Part shown: piece by piece, positions 38,536 to 47,803 of the stretch | How the letters are laid out: each line of letters opens with the position of its first letter | Numbering within the stretch: position 1 is the stretch's first letter | Source: a virus | DNA length: 64,000 nucleotides | Strand: one strand, 5' to 3' | Virus genome (UHGV): UHGV-0214148 | Made by a program: the position numbers and the translations under genes | Notes under the pieces: generated by a model | Seen by the model: the letters and a program-made list of their open reading frames with translations, nothing else | Databases searched by the model: none | Told to the model about the DNA's origin: nothing

Positions 38536-39903
38536 TTATTCGACATTAAACATGGCTGAAGCAATACGAAGGTCATTCGACATGTACTTCCCGATTGCAC
38601 GCTGATAGTCCACAGCAGCACGTGAACGACGACCCTTCGGCGTCAAGGTATTCCAGATAAACTGATACAGATTATCTTTGTCTTTTACCGTTTCTAACAG
38701 CTTGTCGATAACCGCAATACCATCCAGAATACGTTTACGTTGTTCGTTAGCAGCTTTCGTATTCTTGTCTTTAATCGTATTGAGTTCTTCAACGAGTGTA
38801 CGACGCATCGCCTCAAAACGCTGCTGCGGCGGATCGTAAATGGTGTTATCCGGGTCATTTAAGATCATTCCGAACGTCACAGAGATCACCGGAATAATTG
38901 GAATCGTAGAAGAAACTATCAGCGCAGTCACGCGGAAAAGCTCCAGTGTCAAATGGACACCCATGTTCATATACGCTGAGTTCCGCAGCAAATAGAACGG
39001 ACTGGTTTCCATTTTATACAGTGCCGAGGCCAGATAAGGAGCGCCACCAAAGCGGGAAGCAAAATCATCCGCAGCACGTTCCCATGTCCTGTTAGCAAAA
39101 CCTTGACTGCCGCTAATGTACGGACGATCTAATAACAGCTGTGTGACTAAGTGCATATAGACGTTTTCTTTTTTGTACTCAGTACAAATCGTTTCCGGCT
39201 GATTCACTTTCGTGTTCAGCATCTTTTCCACGTCTTTAACGATACGCAGGCGGACAGTTTGGTCTTCCGTTTCCATAATGCGGTTAGCCGCAGCATCTGC
39301 CAGCAAATCAGTCACTACAGTGCGCATCAGCGTACGGAAATAATAGTAGATGTGGCCCACCTCGTGAAGAATCACCGAAGCGATCTCCAGATCGGTCAAG
39401 TTTAGTTTTTCCAGCAGCACCGGGGTAAGGTAAAGCGGAGAACCTACTTTGCTTAGGTCACCACTGATTTTTGCACTGCTGTCATCGATTGTTGTGTTTA
39501 ACTCGTTTTCTTTGATGAACTTACTGTACATATCCAGGTCTTTGTTACCTGCGTACAGTGCGCGAGTCATCGATGCGATGATTGGGCTGTTTGCATCCAA
39601 TTTCGGTGGTTCTACACCTGCAAAAGCAACGTCAGCAAGACCCAGTTCGCCACCGTTCTTAAAGTGAATCGTAATGCCGATATTCTTAAATACCCAATCC
39701 GAAACCCCGGCACTTTCGTAGCCCGCAGGACTGAAATCGCCTGCCCCACGAAACTTAGCAATAACATCAGCCAATTCTGCCAGCTTCTTTTTGTCTTGGA
39801 ATTTAATCGATTCTGCGGCTACAACCTTTGCATCCGCAACTGATGCAATGTGATTTTGCCAATATCCCATTTGTGTTTCCTTTTGAGAAATTACATTACC
39901 CAC
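38536..39903 (-). CDS. putative zinc metalloprotease (HExxH; M48/M56-like)
   Basis: ORF track; ILHEVGHIYYY (HExxH) followed ~75 aa later by WERAADDFA (ExxADxxA-like third-ligand motif). Confidence 0.6.
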   Translation of the reverse strand: MGNVISQKETQMGYWQNHIASVADAKVVAAESIKFQDKKKLAELADVIAKFRGAGDFSPAGYESAGVSDWVFKNIGITIHFKNGGELGLADVAFAGVEPPKLDANSPIIASMTRALYAGNKDLDMYSKFIKENELNTTIDDSSAKISGDLSKVGSPLYLTPVLLEKLNLTDLEIASVILHEVGHIYYYFRTLMRTVVTDLLADAAANRIMETEDQTVRLRIVKDVEKMLNTKVNQPETICTEYKKENVYMHLVTQLLLDRPYISGSQGFANRTWERAADDFASRFGGAPYLASALYKMETSPFYLLRNSAYMNMGVHLTLELFRVTALIVSSTIPIIPVISVTFGMILNDPDNTIYDPPQQRFEAMRRTLVEELNTIKDKNTKAANEQRKRILDGIAVIDKLLETVKDKDNLYQFIWNTLTPKGRRSRAAVDYQRAIGKYMSNDLRIASAMFNVE

Positions 39904-39941
39904 AAATCAGTATAGCAGCCGCTAGATTTGAGAGTGAAATC

Positions 39942-41723
39942 ATGAATAACTATTACGCACCGGAAGACGTTATTGCCAAGGAGTGCAAGTTTGTTTCTTA
40001 CGCAACCGATCAGCAGAAAGAAAACGACTTCGTGCTCATAAAGGAGGTCGTCCATACTAAAGATGGCAGATATATCCCACGAATTGTCATGCGTGAAAAT
40101 CTGAAACGTCCCATCTACATTACATTACCACAACATCGTAACCACAAGGAAAAGAAGGAATACGAGGAACGTAGTAAGTGTCAGGAGTATTTAACAACGG
40201 ATGTAATGATGTCCTCAACCATACAGATGGGTTTGGGGATTCGTTTTCCCGACAAAAAGAAACCACTCCGCCAAGTTTGCACTTCACCGTTTGTTTACTG
40301 GGCCGATTTGCCCATTACGAGCTGGATTAAAGAAAAGTACATGCGTAAATGGCCTAATGCTGTTTCACCCAACCGCATCTGTGTATACGACGTGGAAACT
40401 CGAGAAGAAGACAAATCTCGAGACCCCTGGATTATGAGTTTTGTTTTAGACGACGAAATTCATTTCTTTGCTACGAAAGACTATGTCACACGCTGCGGAC
40501 GTGAAAACTTTGAAGCGCGACTCGTCAATCGTGCTCAGGAATTGCTTTCTAAAATCGCTTTTCGTGGGAAAGACGAGAACGACAATCCTATCGTTAAATA
40601 CAAAAACGTTATCGACGGTTACAAAATCTTCGTTTACGAATGTCTCAATTCGGGCTGTTGTATTCAACGGATGTTTGAGGAAATTCACCCTCGTCTCCCT
40701 GACTTACTCGTCGCATGGAACCACGAGTTCGATATTTCACGTATGTTAGAAGCTTTAGAAGCAGCGGGCATTCCACCGGAAGACGTCTTCTGTCATCCAG
40801 ACGTGCCGAAACAGTACCGTCGTGTCTACTTTAAGAAAGACGAAGCATCGAAGAAAACGGAATCAAAGTCACTAACAAAAGCACCTTCACAGCAGTGGCA
40901 CATTCTTTATTGTACGGCGTCATTCTACTGTGTAGATGCGATGTGTCTATTCCGTTCATTGCGTGTACACGAAGGGCAACGTCCTTCTTACAAACTTAAC
41001 GCGATACTGGAAACCGAGTTGGGTTTAAACAAGTTAGACTTACCGGATTTACCCTACGAGGAAAAATTGGAATGGCACTTAAAGGCACAGAAAGATTTCC
41101 CGTTAGAATACTGCGTTTATAACATCTTCGATAACCTGATGATTGTTCTGCTTGATAAAAAGACGAACGATCTGTCTTCTGCTATTTCAGTGTTGGCAGG
41201 TTATTCGATGTACGATATCTTCCCTTCACTGCCGAAGCGAATCTGTATTGCGTACACGTACTACCTCTACGAACAAGGTCTGGTTATCGGCTGTGTTGGT
41301 AGCGCGATGCGTAACGATTTTGACAATGAAGTCATTGGGACAGACGGTTGGATTGTTACATTGACCGCGTGTATGAACGCAGAGAATGGCCTACGAAACA
41401 TCATCAAGGAGGTTGATGATTTCTACACGGCTTTCCGTGGACAAACCGCAGATGCTGACTTAACCCAGGCATACCCATCCGCAACAAACATGATGAACCA
41501 GTCTCGTGAGACGACGTTAATCGAGTTATTAAGCATTCACGGTGTTCCTGAAGAAGTACGGCGTCGCGTCGGTATTAACCTTACTGCAGGTCGCGTTAAC
41601 GCAATGGAGATCGCGACAGATTTCTTCCTATTACCCGATAAAAACGACGTCTTAGAAGCTTTTCTACGTCGACAAGGAGAAGCAATTACCGATCCTTTTG
41701 AATACATCAAAGCCGCAAAGTAA
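39942..41723 (+). CDS. putative 3'-5' exonuclease (DnaQ / family-B polymerase exonuclease-domain-like)
   Basis: Track ORF 39828..41723 trimmed to ATG 39942 (MNNYYAPEDV) to avoid overlapping the divergent gene; motifs VYDVETRE (Exo I DxE), WNHEFD (Exo II), YNIFDNL (Exo III YxxxD). No polymerase motifs A/C seen. Confidence 0.55.
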   Translation: MNNYYAPEDVIAKECKFVSYATDQQKENDFVLIKEVVHTKDGRYIPRIVMRENLKRPIYITLPQHRNHKEKKEYEERSKCQEYLTTDVMMSSTIQMGLGIRFPDKKKPLRQVCTSPFVYWADLPITSWIKEKYMRKWPNAVSPNRICVYDVETREEDKSRDPWIMSFVLDDEIHFFATKDYVTRCGRENFEARLVNRAQELLSKIAFRGKDENDNPIVKYKNVIDGYKIFVYECLNSGCCIQRMFEEIHPRLPDLLVAWNHEFDISRMLEALEAAGIPPEDVFCHPDVPKQYRRVYFKKDEASKKTESKSLTKAPSQQWHILYCTASFYCVDAMCLFRSLRVHEGQRPSYKLNAILETELGLNKLDLPDLPYEEKLEWHLKAQKDFPLEYCVYNIFDNLMIVLLDKKTNDLSSAISVLAGYSMYDIFPSLPKRICIAYTYYLYEQGLVIGCVGSAMRNDFDNEVIGTDGWIVTLTACMNAENGLRNIIKEVDDFYTAFRGQTADADLTQAYPSATNMMNQSRETTLIELLSIHGVPEEVRRRVGINLTAGRVNAMEIATDFFLLPDKNDVLEAFLRRQGEAITDPFEYIKAAK

Positions 41724-41770
41724 AAAAAAATAAACGTTACCCTACTCCCATCGGGAGTAGGGTAATACTT
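41721..41770. terminator. bidirectional intrinsic terminator (stem shared with 36361-36412)
   Basis: A-run 41721-41733, stem ttaccctactccc (41737-41749) / gggagtagggtaa (41753-41765), T-rich tail. Confidence 0.8.
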
Positions 41771-42280
41771 TTATGCCGCGTTGAAGCAGTAAGCCAGTAA
41801 GTGTTGCAGCTCTGGATCGGTCACACGTTGTACCAAACGACCAACGTTGTCACGCTGAGCGAAGTTTGCTTTATCCTGGGAATTTGCGAAACGTACTAAC
41901 ATATTGATGAACACGACGTATGTTTCACGTTCGGCGGAATCGTAAAACCAATCTAAATGGTAGTTTACATTCGGATAGTAGAAGATACCGCGCTTGTGTT
42001 TAATTGCAGCTTCAACGAACACGTTGAAAGCATCAATGAACGCCTGACCGCGTAATTCAAATAACGAACGGAACGATTGATGCAGCTTACGGAAAGCGTC
42101 GTCAGCTTCTGGGGTATCTTTCGGTTTATTTTGGCTAATTGCCCCGCCAGCCTCATCGAGCTGAGTAGCAATAAGTCGCACCTGGTACGCATCATCCTGA
42201 CTGTAAGTTACCGCATTTTCCTCAGCGCGTCTTACCGCTGATGGGCGTTCATCTTGTGTCGAAATATCTTTAGTTGCCAT
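41771..42280 (-). CDS. hypothetical protein (169 aa)
   Basis: ORF track. Confidence 0.7.
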   Translation of the reverse strand: MATKDISTQDERPSAVRRAEENAVTYSQDDAYQVRLIATQLDEAGGAISQNKPKDTPEADDAFRKLHQSFRSLFELRGQAFIDAFNVFVEAAIKHKRGIFYYPNVNYHLDWFYDSAERETYVVFINMLVRFANSQDKANFAQRDNVGRLVQRVTDPELQHLLAYCFNAA

Positions 42281-42293
42281 TGGCTAATAATCC

Positions 42294-43595
42294 TTACGTA
42301 ATGTGGATCGATGGATTAAATTCGTGTACCACTGTCTCTTTACCGTGCATCGCGGCCATTGCCACGGACATAACGTTAGAGAACGCCGAGGATATATCCG
42401 CAGCGATTGCGCGAGGTTCTTCCCCTTTATTCGCAGACGAACACGCTGTGCAGGTGTCGATGTGGCCATACTGACATAAGATGGGTCGGCGTAACCGCAC
42501 CACTTTACCTAACTGCTGTTTTAAATATTCCTCAGTCAGTGGTGTCAGTTTACCATTAACCATCGCGTTCATCCCAACGTAACGTTTTACGTTATCATCG
42601 GTAATCACAACTGGATACGTTAATTTCGTTCCACAGTCACCAGGGACGATTCGGTGGTTCTGGAAAATCATCTGGATAATACGTACCTGCTCACCCCCTT
42701 TCGCTGTTTCCGCACCACGAGAGAACGAACCTTCGCGGATAGAGTTGAATTTCGCGACCAGGTTTTCCATCCCCGCCTTATCAACTTCAACTAATGCGTT
42801 CGGAATGAGCGTATAATGCCCCCCTTCCTGAAAAGACGATTCAATACCGTACATCAGCATTAATTTACGTCGACGCATCCGCGATTTCGGCGAGTTATAA
42901 AACTCAATAGATTGGTCACCCGACAACCACTCTTTATCTAACTCATCCAGCGCTTTTTCAATCTTAACGATAACGGCAGGATCGTCTAACTCGTCCTTAT
43001 GCTTTAATAGCAACGCATCACGTATTTTATACGCATCAGGATGCACCGTGAGACTTCGTAACGTACCGGTTGGTGCAATACCTGACGTGAGCGGTGCGAG
43101 CTCGTGTAAGCCGCTTACAAAGCGCTCAATCATACTCGGTCGAATTGCACCTTCGTTTTCTGGCTCATCGGTTTCATGGTCTAAACAACGACGATGCATC
43201 TCTTTGCGATATTCCAACGGGTTTTGTGAAATCGCCAGATAGGGTAAGCGTGTACCAAATGCATACCAGATAACAATCCAGTTAAAAACGTATCGTCCTA
43301 CTGTCGTGGGAATAGGACCGTCTAAACCGGGATAATCGTCAGGGCGTAGCTCGAACTGTTCTTCAGGGATAAACAGCTCCTGGTCCTTTACACCGTCAGT
43401 AATCGGTTCCCAACTGCCCTTACCGTCTTCTACAGCGTAATAATGCGGTAAGCCGTCGATATACGTTATATCAAACGCTTCGGGTTCTTCGCGTCCTGTT
43501 GGAAACACCGACATGTTAAAAATAGCAATACGCCAAACCAGACGTCGCCAAGCTTCTGCTTTACATGCCGCTACTAAGAACTCAAACCTCGTCAT
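42294..43595 (-). CDS. hypothetical protein (~433 aa)
   Basis: Track ORF starts at TTG 43613; ATG at 43593-43595 has GAGGAGG Shine-Dalgarno ~10 nt upstream. Confidence 0.8.
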   Translation of the reverse strand: MTRFEFLVAACKAEAWRRLVWRIAIFNMSVFPTGREEPEAFDITYIDGLPHYYAVEDGKGSWEPITDGVKDQELFIPEEQFELRPDDYPGLDGPIPTTVGRYVFNWIVIWYAFGTRLPYLAISQNPLEYRKEMHRRCLDHETDEPENEGAIRPSMIERFVSGLHELAPLTSGIAPTGTLRSLTVHPDAYKIRDALLLKHKDELDDPAVIVKIEKALDELDKEWLSGDQSIEFYNSPKSRMRRRKLMLMYGIESSFQEGGHYTLIPNALVEVDKAGMENLVAKFNSIREGSFSRGAETAKGGEQVRIIQMIFQNHRIVPGDCGTKLTYPVVITDDNVKRYVGMNAMVNGKLTPLTEEYLKQQLGKVVRLRRPILCQYGHIDTCTACSSANKGEEPRAIAADISSAFSNVMSVAMAAMHGKETVVHEFNPSIHIT

Positions 43596-44448
43596 CGTGC
43601 TCTGCCTCCTCAACCTGATAAATCAGCCGTAGGCTTTTTAATGCAGGTTGTAAAACAGTAATGGGTTGTAACCCATCATTATTAAGTTTCTCTAAGTTCG
43701 TCGAAAGATCGGCATACGCGTCATCGAAGTCATCGTTATCGATAATCGAAAGTCCTACCGTATACATCTCGAGTAACTCTGTTTCGCTGTAATCTTCGAC
43801 GTCAAACACTAACGATTGTTGGACAACCGTCAAATCAGGATCTTCAGGTAAGTTTAGGAATACGAACGCAGAAGGGTTTTGCGGATAAAGACGCAAGTAT
43901 TCTGCAATACGTGTCAGACGCGCATCGTTACCTACTGCGAGTTGTTCATCCACAACCATAGCTGAGAGATAGTTACGCATCACTGTCATTACACGGGGTG
44001 AAACACGAATGACTAAATCTTCAAAATGGATATTGTCATCGCCGTATACGTAACGGCAGATACTTTCCAGGATAAACTCTGGCGTTTCTCCAGACATCAC
44101 GAGGCCGTATAGCGTATCGGTGTCTTCGAACTCTTCGAATTTAGACGTAATACCATCCAGAATACGTACGGTCTCTTTCGGTTTACGGAAAACTTCTTGT
44201 GGGTTTAAAGCAACGCCTAAACGGTTACCTAACGCCACGGCACATTTTACAATAATCCCTTCCAGTCTTACGGTTTCGTCGGCAGGATCAGACGACGGTT
44301 GCCAATACACATCGCTTAACGCAACATCGTAACCGTAATCCATACACAGCGTTACTAAGTCCAGGAAAGGCGCAGCACGTTCTTCCGCACGATTGACGGT
44401 AAGAACGGCGGCGTAATCGGTATAAATGTCAATCATAGCCTTTTCCAA
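43582..44448 (-). CDS. hypothetical protein (288 aa)
   Basis: ORF track. Confidence 0.8.
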   Translation of the reverse strand: MEKAMIDIYTDYAAVLTVNRAEERAAPFLDLVTLCMDYGYDVALSDVYWQPSSDPADETVRLEGIIVKCAVALGNRLGVALNPQEVFRKPKETVRILDGITSKFEEFEDTDTLYGLVMSGETPEFILESICRYVYGDDNIHFEDLVIRVSPRVMTVMRNYLSAMVVDEQLAVGNDARLTRIAEYLRLYPQNPSAFVFLNLPEDPDLTVVQQSLVFDVEDYSETELLEMYTVGLSIIDNDDFDDAYADLSTNLEKLNNDGLQPITVLQPALKSLRLIYQVEEAEHDDEV

Positions 44449-44470
44449 TACAAGGGGTTCATACCAAAGC

Positions 44471-44513
44471 GAAAAAAAAAAGAAAAAGCTAAGGGAGTCG
44501 TAAAGACTCCCTT
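44471..44513 (-). terminator. intrinsic terminator
   Basis: Stem aagggagtc (44491-44499) / gactccctt (44505-44513), loop GTAAA; on minus strand followed by AGCTTTTTCTTTTTTTTTT. Confidence 0.75.
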
Positions 44514-44517
44514 ATAC

Positions 44518-44823
44518 TTAATTTTTCAGCTTAAGTTCTTTCTCCAAACCTTGTAGCTCTGGATCACCGGCAGTAACGTCACTCATGACTTTCTTAATCG
44601 CAGCTTTACGACGATTAAGCACACGGAGCATCATCATAATCTCCCACCGTGGCCGATCTAACCACTCGTCGAAGGTCATTCTGAAATGCTCGCCTATCTG
44701 CTCGCGCAGATACACTTCCATCCAGATTTCATACAGACTTCCATATTCGGCGTTTTCGAAATCTGATAACCCAACATGTCTCGTCCCGGTGTCTAGTCCG
44801 ACCGATAAATCGTACGCACCCAA
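44518..44823 (-). CDS. hypothetical protein (101 aa; start uncertain)
   Basis: ORF track begins at TTG; first in-frame ATG would give 67 aa. Confidence 0.45.
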   Translation of the reverse strand: MGAYDLSVGLDTGTRHVGLSDFENAEYGSLYEIWMEVYLREQIGEHFRMTFDEWLDRPRWEIMMMLRVLNRRKAAIKKVMSDVTAGDPELQGLEKELKLKN

Positions 44824-44939
44824 AAGCTCGTCGTGGGCTTCCTGATAAGTTATCGGGCGCGTGCTACGTTGTTTGAACAGAGAGGTGGTATCAAGCTTAA
44901 GCGTATTAATGACGTGATCCGAAGGAATCTCGTTCGGGT

Positions 44940-46898
44940 CTAGCCAATAACGGCGTATTGATCCCTCAGATACCGCTGAATCTCGGACACCACTCGAGAT
45001 AGCTCGAAAAAAACGCGGTCCGGTGAGATCGTCACGATACCACGGTAAGTGCCTTCTTTCTCGCCTTCATGCGTTTTGCCGCAAGACGGACATTTCTGTC
45101 CCATATATCCGAACACCGCCAAACGACTACGTTCGTTATAGTTCGCTGCAGCCGCCTCAAACTCATACACATAGCGACGATCGGAGGACAGCTCCTCCAG
45201 AATCTGGATAATCTTATCAGTATCCGTTTCTGTGGTGCTTACCTCACGAATCTCATCGTCCTGCACAACTTCTTCACTTACTGTAATGGATTCCACCATG
45301 TACGCGTAACGTGTTAGGCGACGTGCTTCGGTAATGAGCCGGAGATGATTTTCACGCTCACGTTCGGTACCTTTCTCAGCCAACGCAGATGTAGACGCGG
45401 TGTTGTTCTCTTCCACCCAACGTTCTGTATTGTCAAAGAACTTACCTAACGTCGAACGGCCGAATTTAACGGTAATACCATCGCTTACGAATGTCGCAGA
45501 CGGATCTTTCAGATGTTCTTCAACAAACTTACGTTGCTCCAAACGACTGATCGTAACGTCTTCTTTACCGCGCTGCTGGGCCCACAGGCTACGCTGCATA
45601 TCGGTGTAAAGTGACGTACCCATACGGATACAACGAGCCAAGTTCAGACGAATGTCTTCCTGATAGCCACAACCCTCATGGCCACAGATTAACGTCCACG
45701 GTAAACCACCCGGATATTTCGCTTGCATCACACCAATCAGCAACAGCCAATAATCCGCAAGATCGATAGTATCCAGCAGCACGGTCTTCATGTCGTTCCC
45801 TTCGCAATCCAACGTGCAGTCGGTGACGAAGCGTAACGCAAATTCAACCATATGGCTTAAATAGATACCTGAAGACGCAGATAACATCAGACCGTAAGTC
45901 TGCATACCGATTTTTGCAGTTTCCAGGGTCAGCTGAATATCAAAATCACAGATTTCGCGTTCTAACGGTGCGCGGAAACCTACGAAGATGCCCGTTGCGG
46001 GTAGCCATACCCAGTTAGGGATACCTGACTTACGGCGACGACGAAGTGCCGCAATAGCACCAGTGTGTTGACTGTTACGTGGTGTAATGAAGCCGACCGG
46101 CTTAGACATTCCCGGCAACTGCACACGCTGTTCCCAGGCGGTATCTTCACGAGACAATGCACCATCGAACGCTTGCTGTTGGTTTTGTAAACGCGGCGGC
46201 ATCATGTTCAATGCACGATACAAACGCTCGTACAGGTCACGCTGTTCTTCCGATTTAAACAGGAGCCGACCATCATTACCACGCGGAACGCTGGAAAAGA
46301 ATTTCTTCAGTTCTCTACCGATGAGATTAGGATCTTCACGTAAACCAATCAGTGTATTAAACTCCGTCAGAATTTGACCCGGGTCGTCTTCAGGCAATTC
46401 ACTGAACTCTTCGTGCGGTGCTTGCGTACCGAAATTCACATGGTGTTCACCAGGTTGTTCTTTCACTGCCGGTGACGCTTCAGGTTCGTGATCAGCGGCA
46501 ATCTTCGAACCTTCAATCGCTTGAGGAACGTAAGGTTCTTCGGCTTTCTTTTCTACCACAGGCTCAGACTTGTGTGTGGCAGGGGCAGCATCAGTTTGCT
46601 GAATAACCGGCTCAACGACGACGGGTTCTGGCTCGGTAATTGTCACTACCGGAGCAGGTTCTTCTTCATAAACCGGTTTAGGTAGAACGGGTTCTTCAGC
46701 AGGTTTCGCTTTTACGAGATTGTGATACATCTCTTCTGCTTGAGCAAATGAAAATTGGGGATTACTGCGCTTGATTGCCATAATCCCATCATCGGCGGAC
46801 ATCGTAGACAAGTCAACCTCAGGCACGACGACGTGAGGTGCGTCTTCCTGAGCCCGCCGACGCCCATTGCCCGGGCGTTGGTCTAAAGTATCTGACAT
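44940..46898 (-). CDS. hypothetical protein (652 aa) with Pro/Glu/Val-rich N-terminal region
   Basis: ORF track; N-terminal ~150 aa low complexity (PEPVVVEPV...EPVVEKKAEEPYVPQ). Confidence 0.85.
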   Translation of the reverse strand: MSDTLDQRPGNGRRRAQEDAPHVVVPEVDLSTMSADDGIMAIKRSNPQFSFAQAEEMYHNLVKAKPAEEPVLPKPVYEEEPAPVVTITEPEPVVVEPVIQQTDAAPATHKSEPVVEKKAEEPYVPQAIEGSKIAADHEPEASPAVKEQPGEHHVNFGTQAPHEEFSELPEDDPGQILTEFNTLIGLREDPNLIGRELKKFFSSVPRGNDGRLLFKSEEQRDLYERLYRALNMMPPRLQNQQQAFDGALSREDTAWEQRVQLPGMSKPVGFITPRNSQHTGAIAALRRRRKSGIPNWVWLPATGIFVGFRAPLEREICDFDIQLTLETAKIGMQTYGLMLSASSGIYLSHMVEFALRFVTDCTLDCEGNDMKTVLLDTIDLADYWLLLIGVMQAKYPGGLPWTLICGHEGCGYQEDIRLNLARCIRMGTSLYTDMQRSLWAQQRGKEDVTISRLEQRKFVEEHLKDPSATFVSDGITVKFGRSTLGKFFDNTERWVEENNTASTSALAEKGTERERENHLRLITEARRLTRYAYMVESITVSEEVVQDDEIREVSTTETDTDKIIQILEELSSDRRYVYEFEAAAANYNERSRLAVFGYMGQKCPSCGKTHEGEKEGTYRGIVTISPDRVFFELSRVVSEIQRYLRDQYAVIG

Positions 46899-46901
46899 TA
46901 A

Positions 46902-47474
46902 TTAACCCTCTGCTTCAACGACGGTGTCTGGTTGTTTTACAGCCTGCTCGGCTTGCTGTAGAAGTTCGTACGCTTCGGCGAACGTGCTACCTTGCTGCAT
47001 TGCACGTTTTACGAAATCGGCGCGACTATTGTACAGTGACAAGATTTCAATCGCGGCACCCTGAATATCTTTGCCCAGGAAGATCGCATCGGTTTCCAGG
47101 TTAGTCACCAGAAGGGTATCCAGCTCGTATTGCTCTTTGACATTGGCCCAATTTGTGCTTTCCAACATCGTTTTGGTTTTGGTTGCCACTTCATCGATCG
47201 CAATCAATTTAGCACCCAGCTTTTCTTTCCCCTCTGCCATCAGACCCACGAAAGCCGCTTTCGCTTCGTCTAACGCGTTAATGGCAAATTCTTTATATTC
47301 TGGTTCTTGCAGCGCGTCCAGAATCTCGCGTTCTTTGTCGATACGCTCAGCCAAAATCTTCATTTGGTCTTCGAACAGAATGACCAGTTTATACACGTTC
47401 TTCACGCTATCACGAAGGGTTTTCTTCGCCAGAGCACGTGGGTTATAAGCGGGTTTCTTTTTACGACGTGACAT
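46902..47474 (-). CDS. hypothetical protein (190 aa)
   Basis: ORF track; AAAGGAA Shine-Dalgarno upstream. Confidence 0.75.
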   Translation of the reverse strand: MSRRKKKPAYNPRALAKKTLRDSVKNVYKLVILFEDQMKILAERIDKEREILDALQEPEYKEFAINALDEAKAAFVGLMAEGKEKLGAKLIAIDEVATKTKTMLESTNWANVKEQYELDTLLVTNLETDAIFLGKDIQGAAIEILSLYNSRADFVKRAMQQGSTFAEAYELLQQAEQAVKQPDTVVEAEG

Positions 47475-47491
47475 TTTTATATTCCTTTAGC

Positions 47492-47523
47492 AAAAAAAGA
47501 AAGGGTGTACACAATATACACCC
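47492..47523 (-). terminator. intrinsic terminator
   Basis: Stem gggtgta (47503-47509) / tacaccc (47517-47523); on minus strand followed by TTTCTTTTTTTG. Confidence 0.65.
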
Positions 47524-47535
47524 GTTCTGTTCTTT

Positions 47536-47784
47536 TTAACCGTTATCATGAGGAACGGTTACCCAACTGTGCCATTTCTCGGAGTATAACCGATAGGCCA
47601 CTTTCGGGTTTTGGTCTACATTACCTGCTGGGTTTTCAGACCACAGAACCCAACTGTACAATTCATAAGACGAAGTATTACGAATACTGGAGTTACGTGT
47701 GATATAATAGCATTTACCACGTTGGAAAATCTGCATTCCTGCATAGTGTTCATTCACCATGTAATAGTGAAATGCAACGCCCAT
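47536..47784 (-). CDS. hypothetical small protein (~82 aa; start uncertain)
   Basis: Track ORF 47536..47919 overlaps the upstream helicase gene by 116 nt; first ATG after the helicase stop is at 47782-47784; no clear Shine-Dalgarno. Confidence 0.4.
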   Translation of the reverse strand: MGVAFHYYMVNEHYAGMQIFQRGKCYYITRNSSIRNTSSYELYSWVLWSENPAGNVDQNPKVAYRLYSEKWHSWVTVPHDNG

Positions 47785-47803
47785 CACAGGATCGGTACAG
47801 AGT

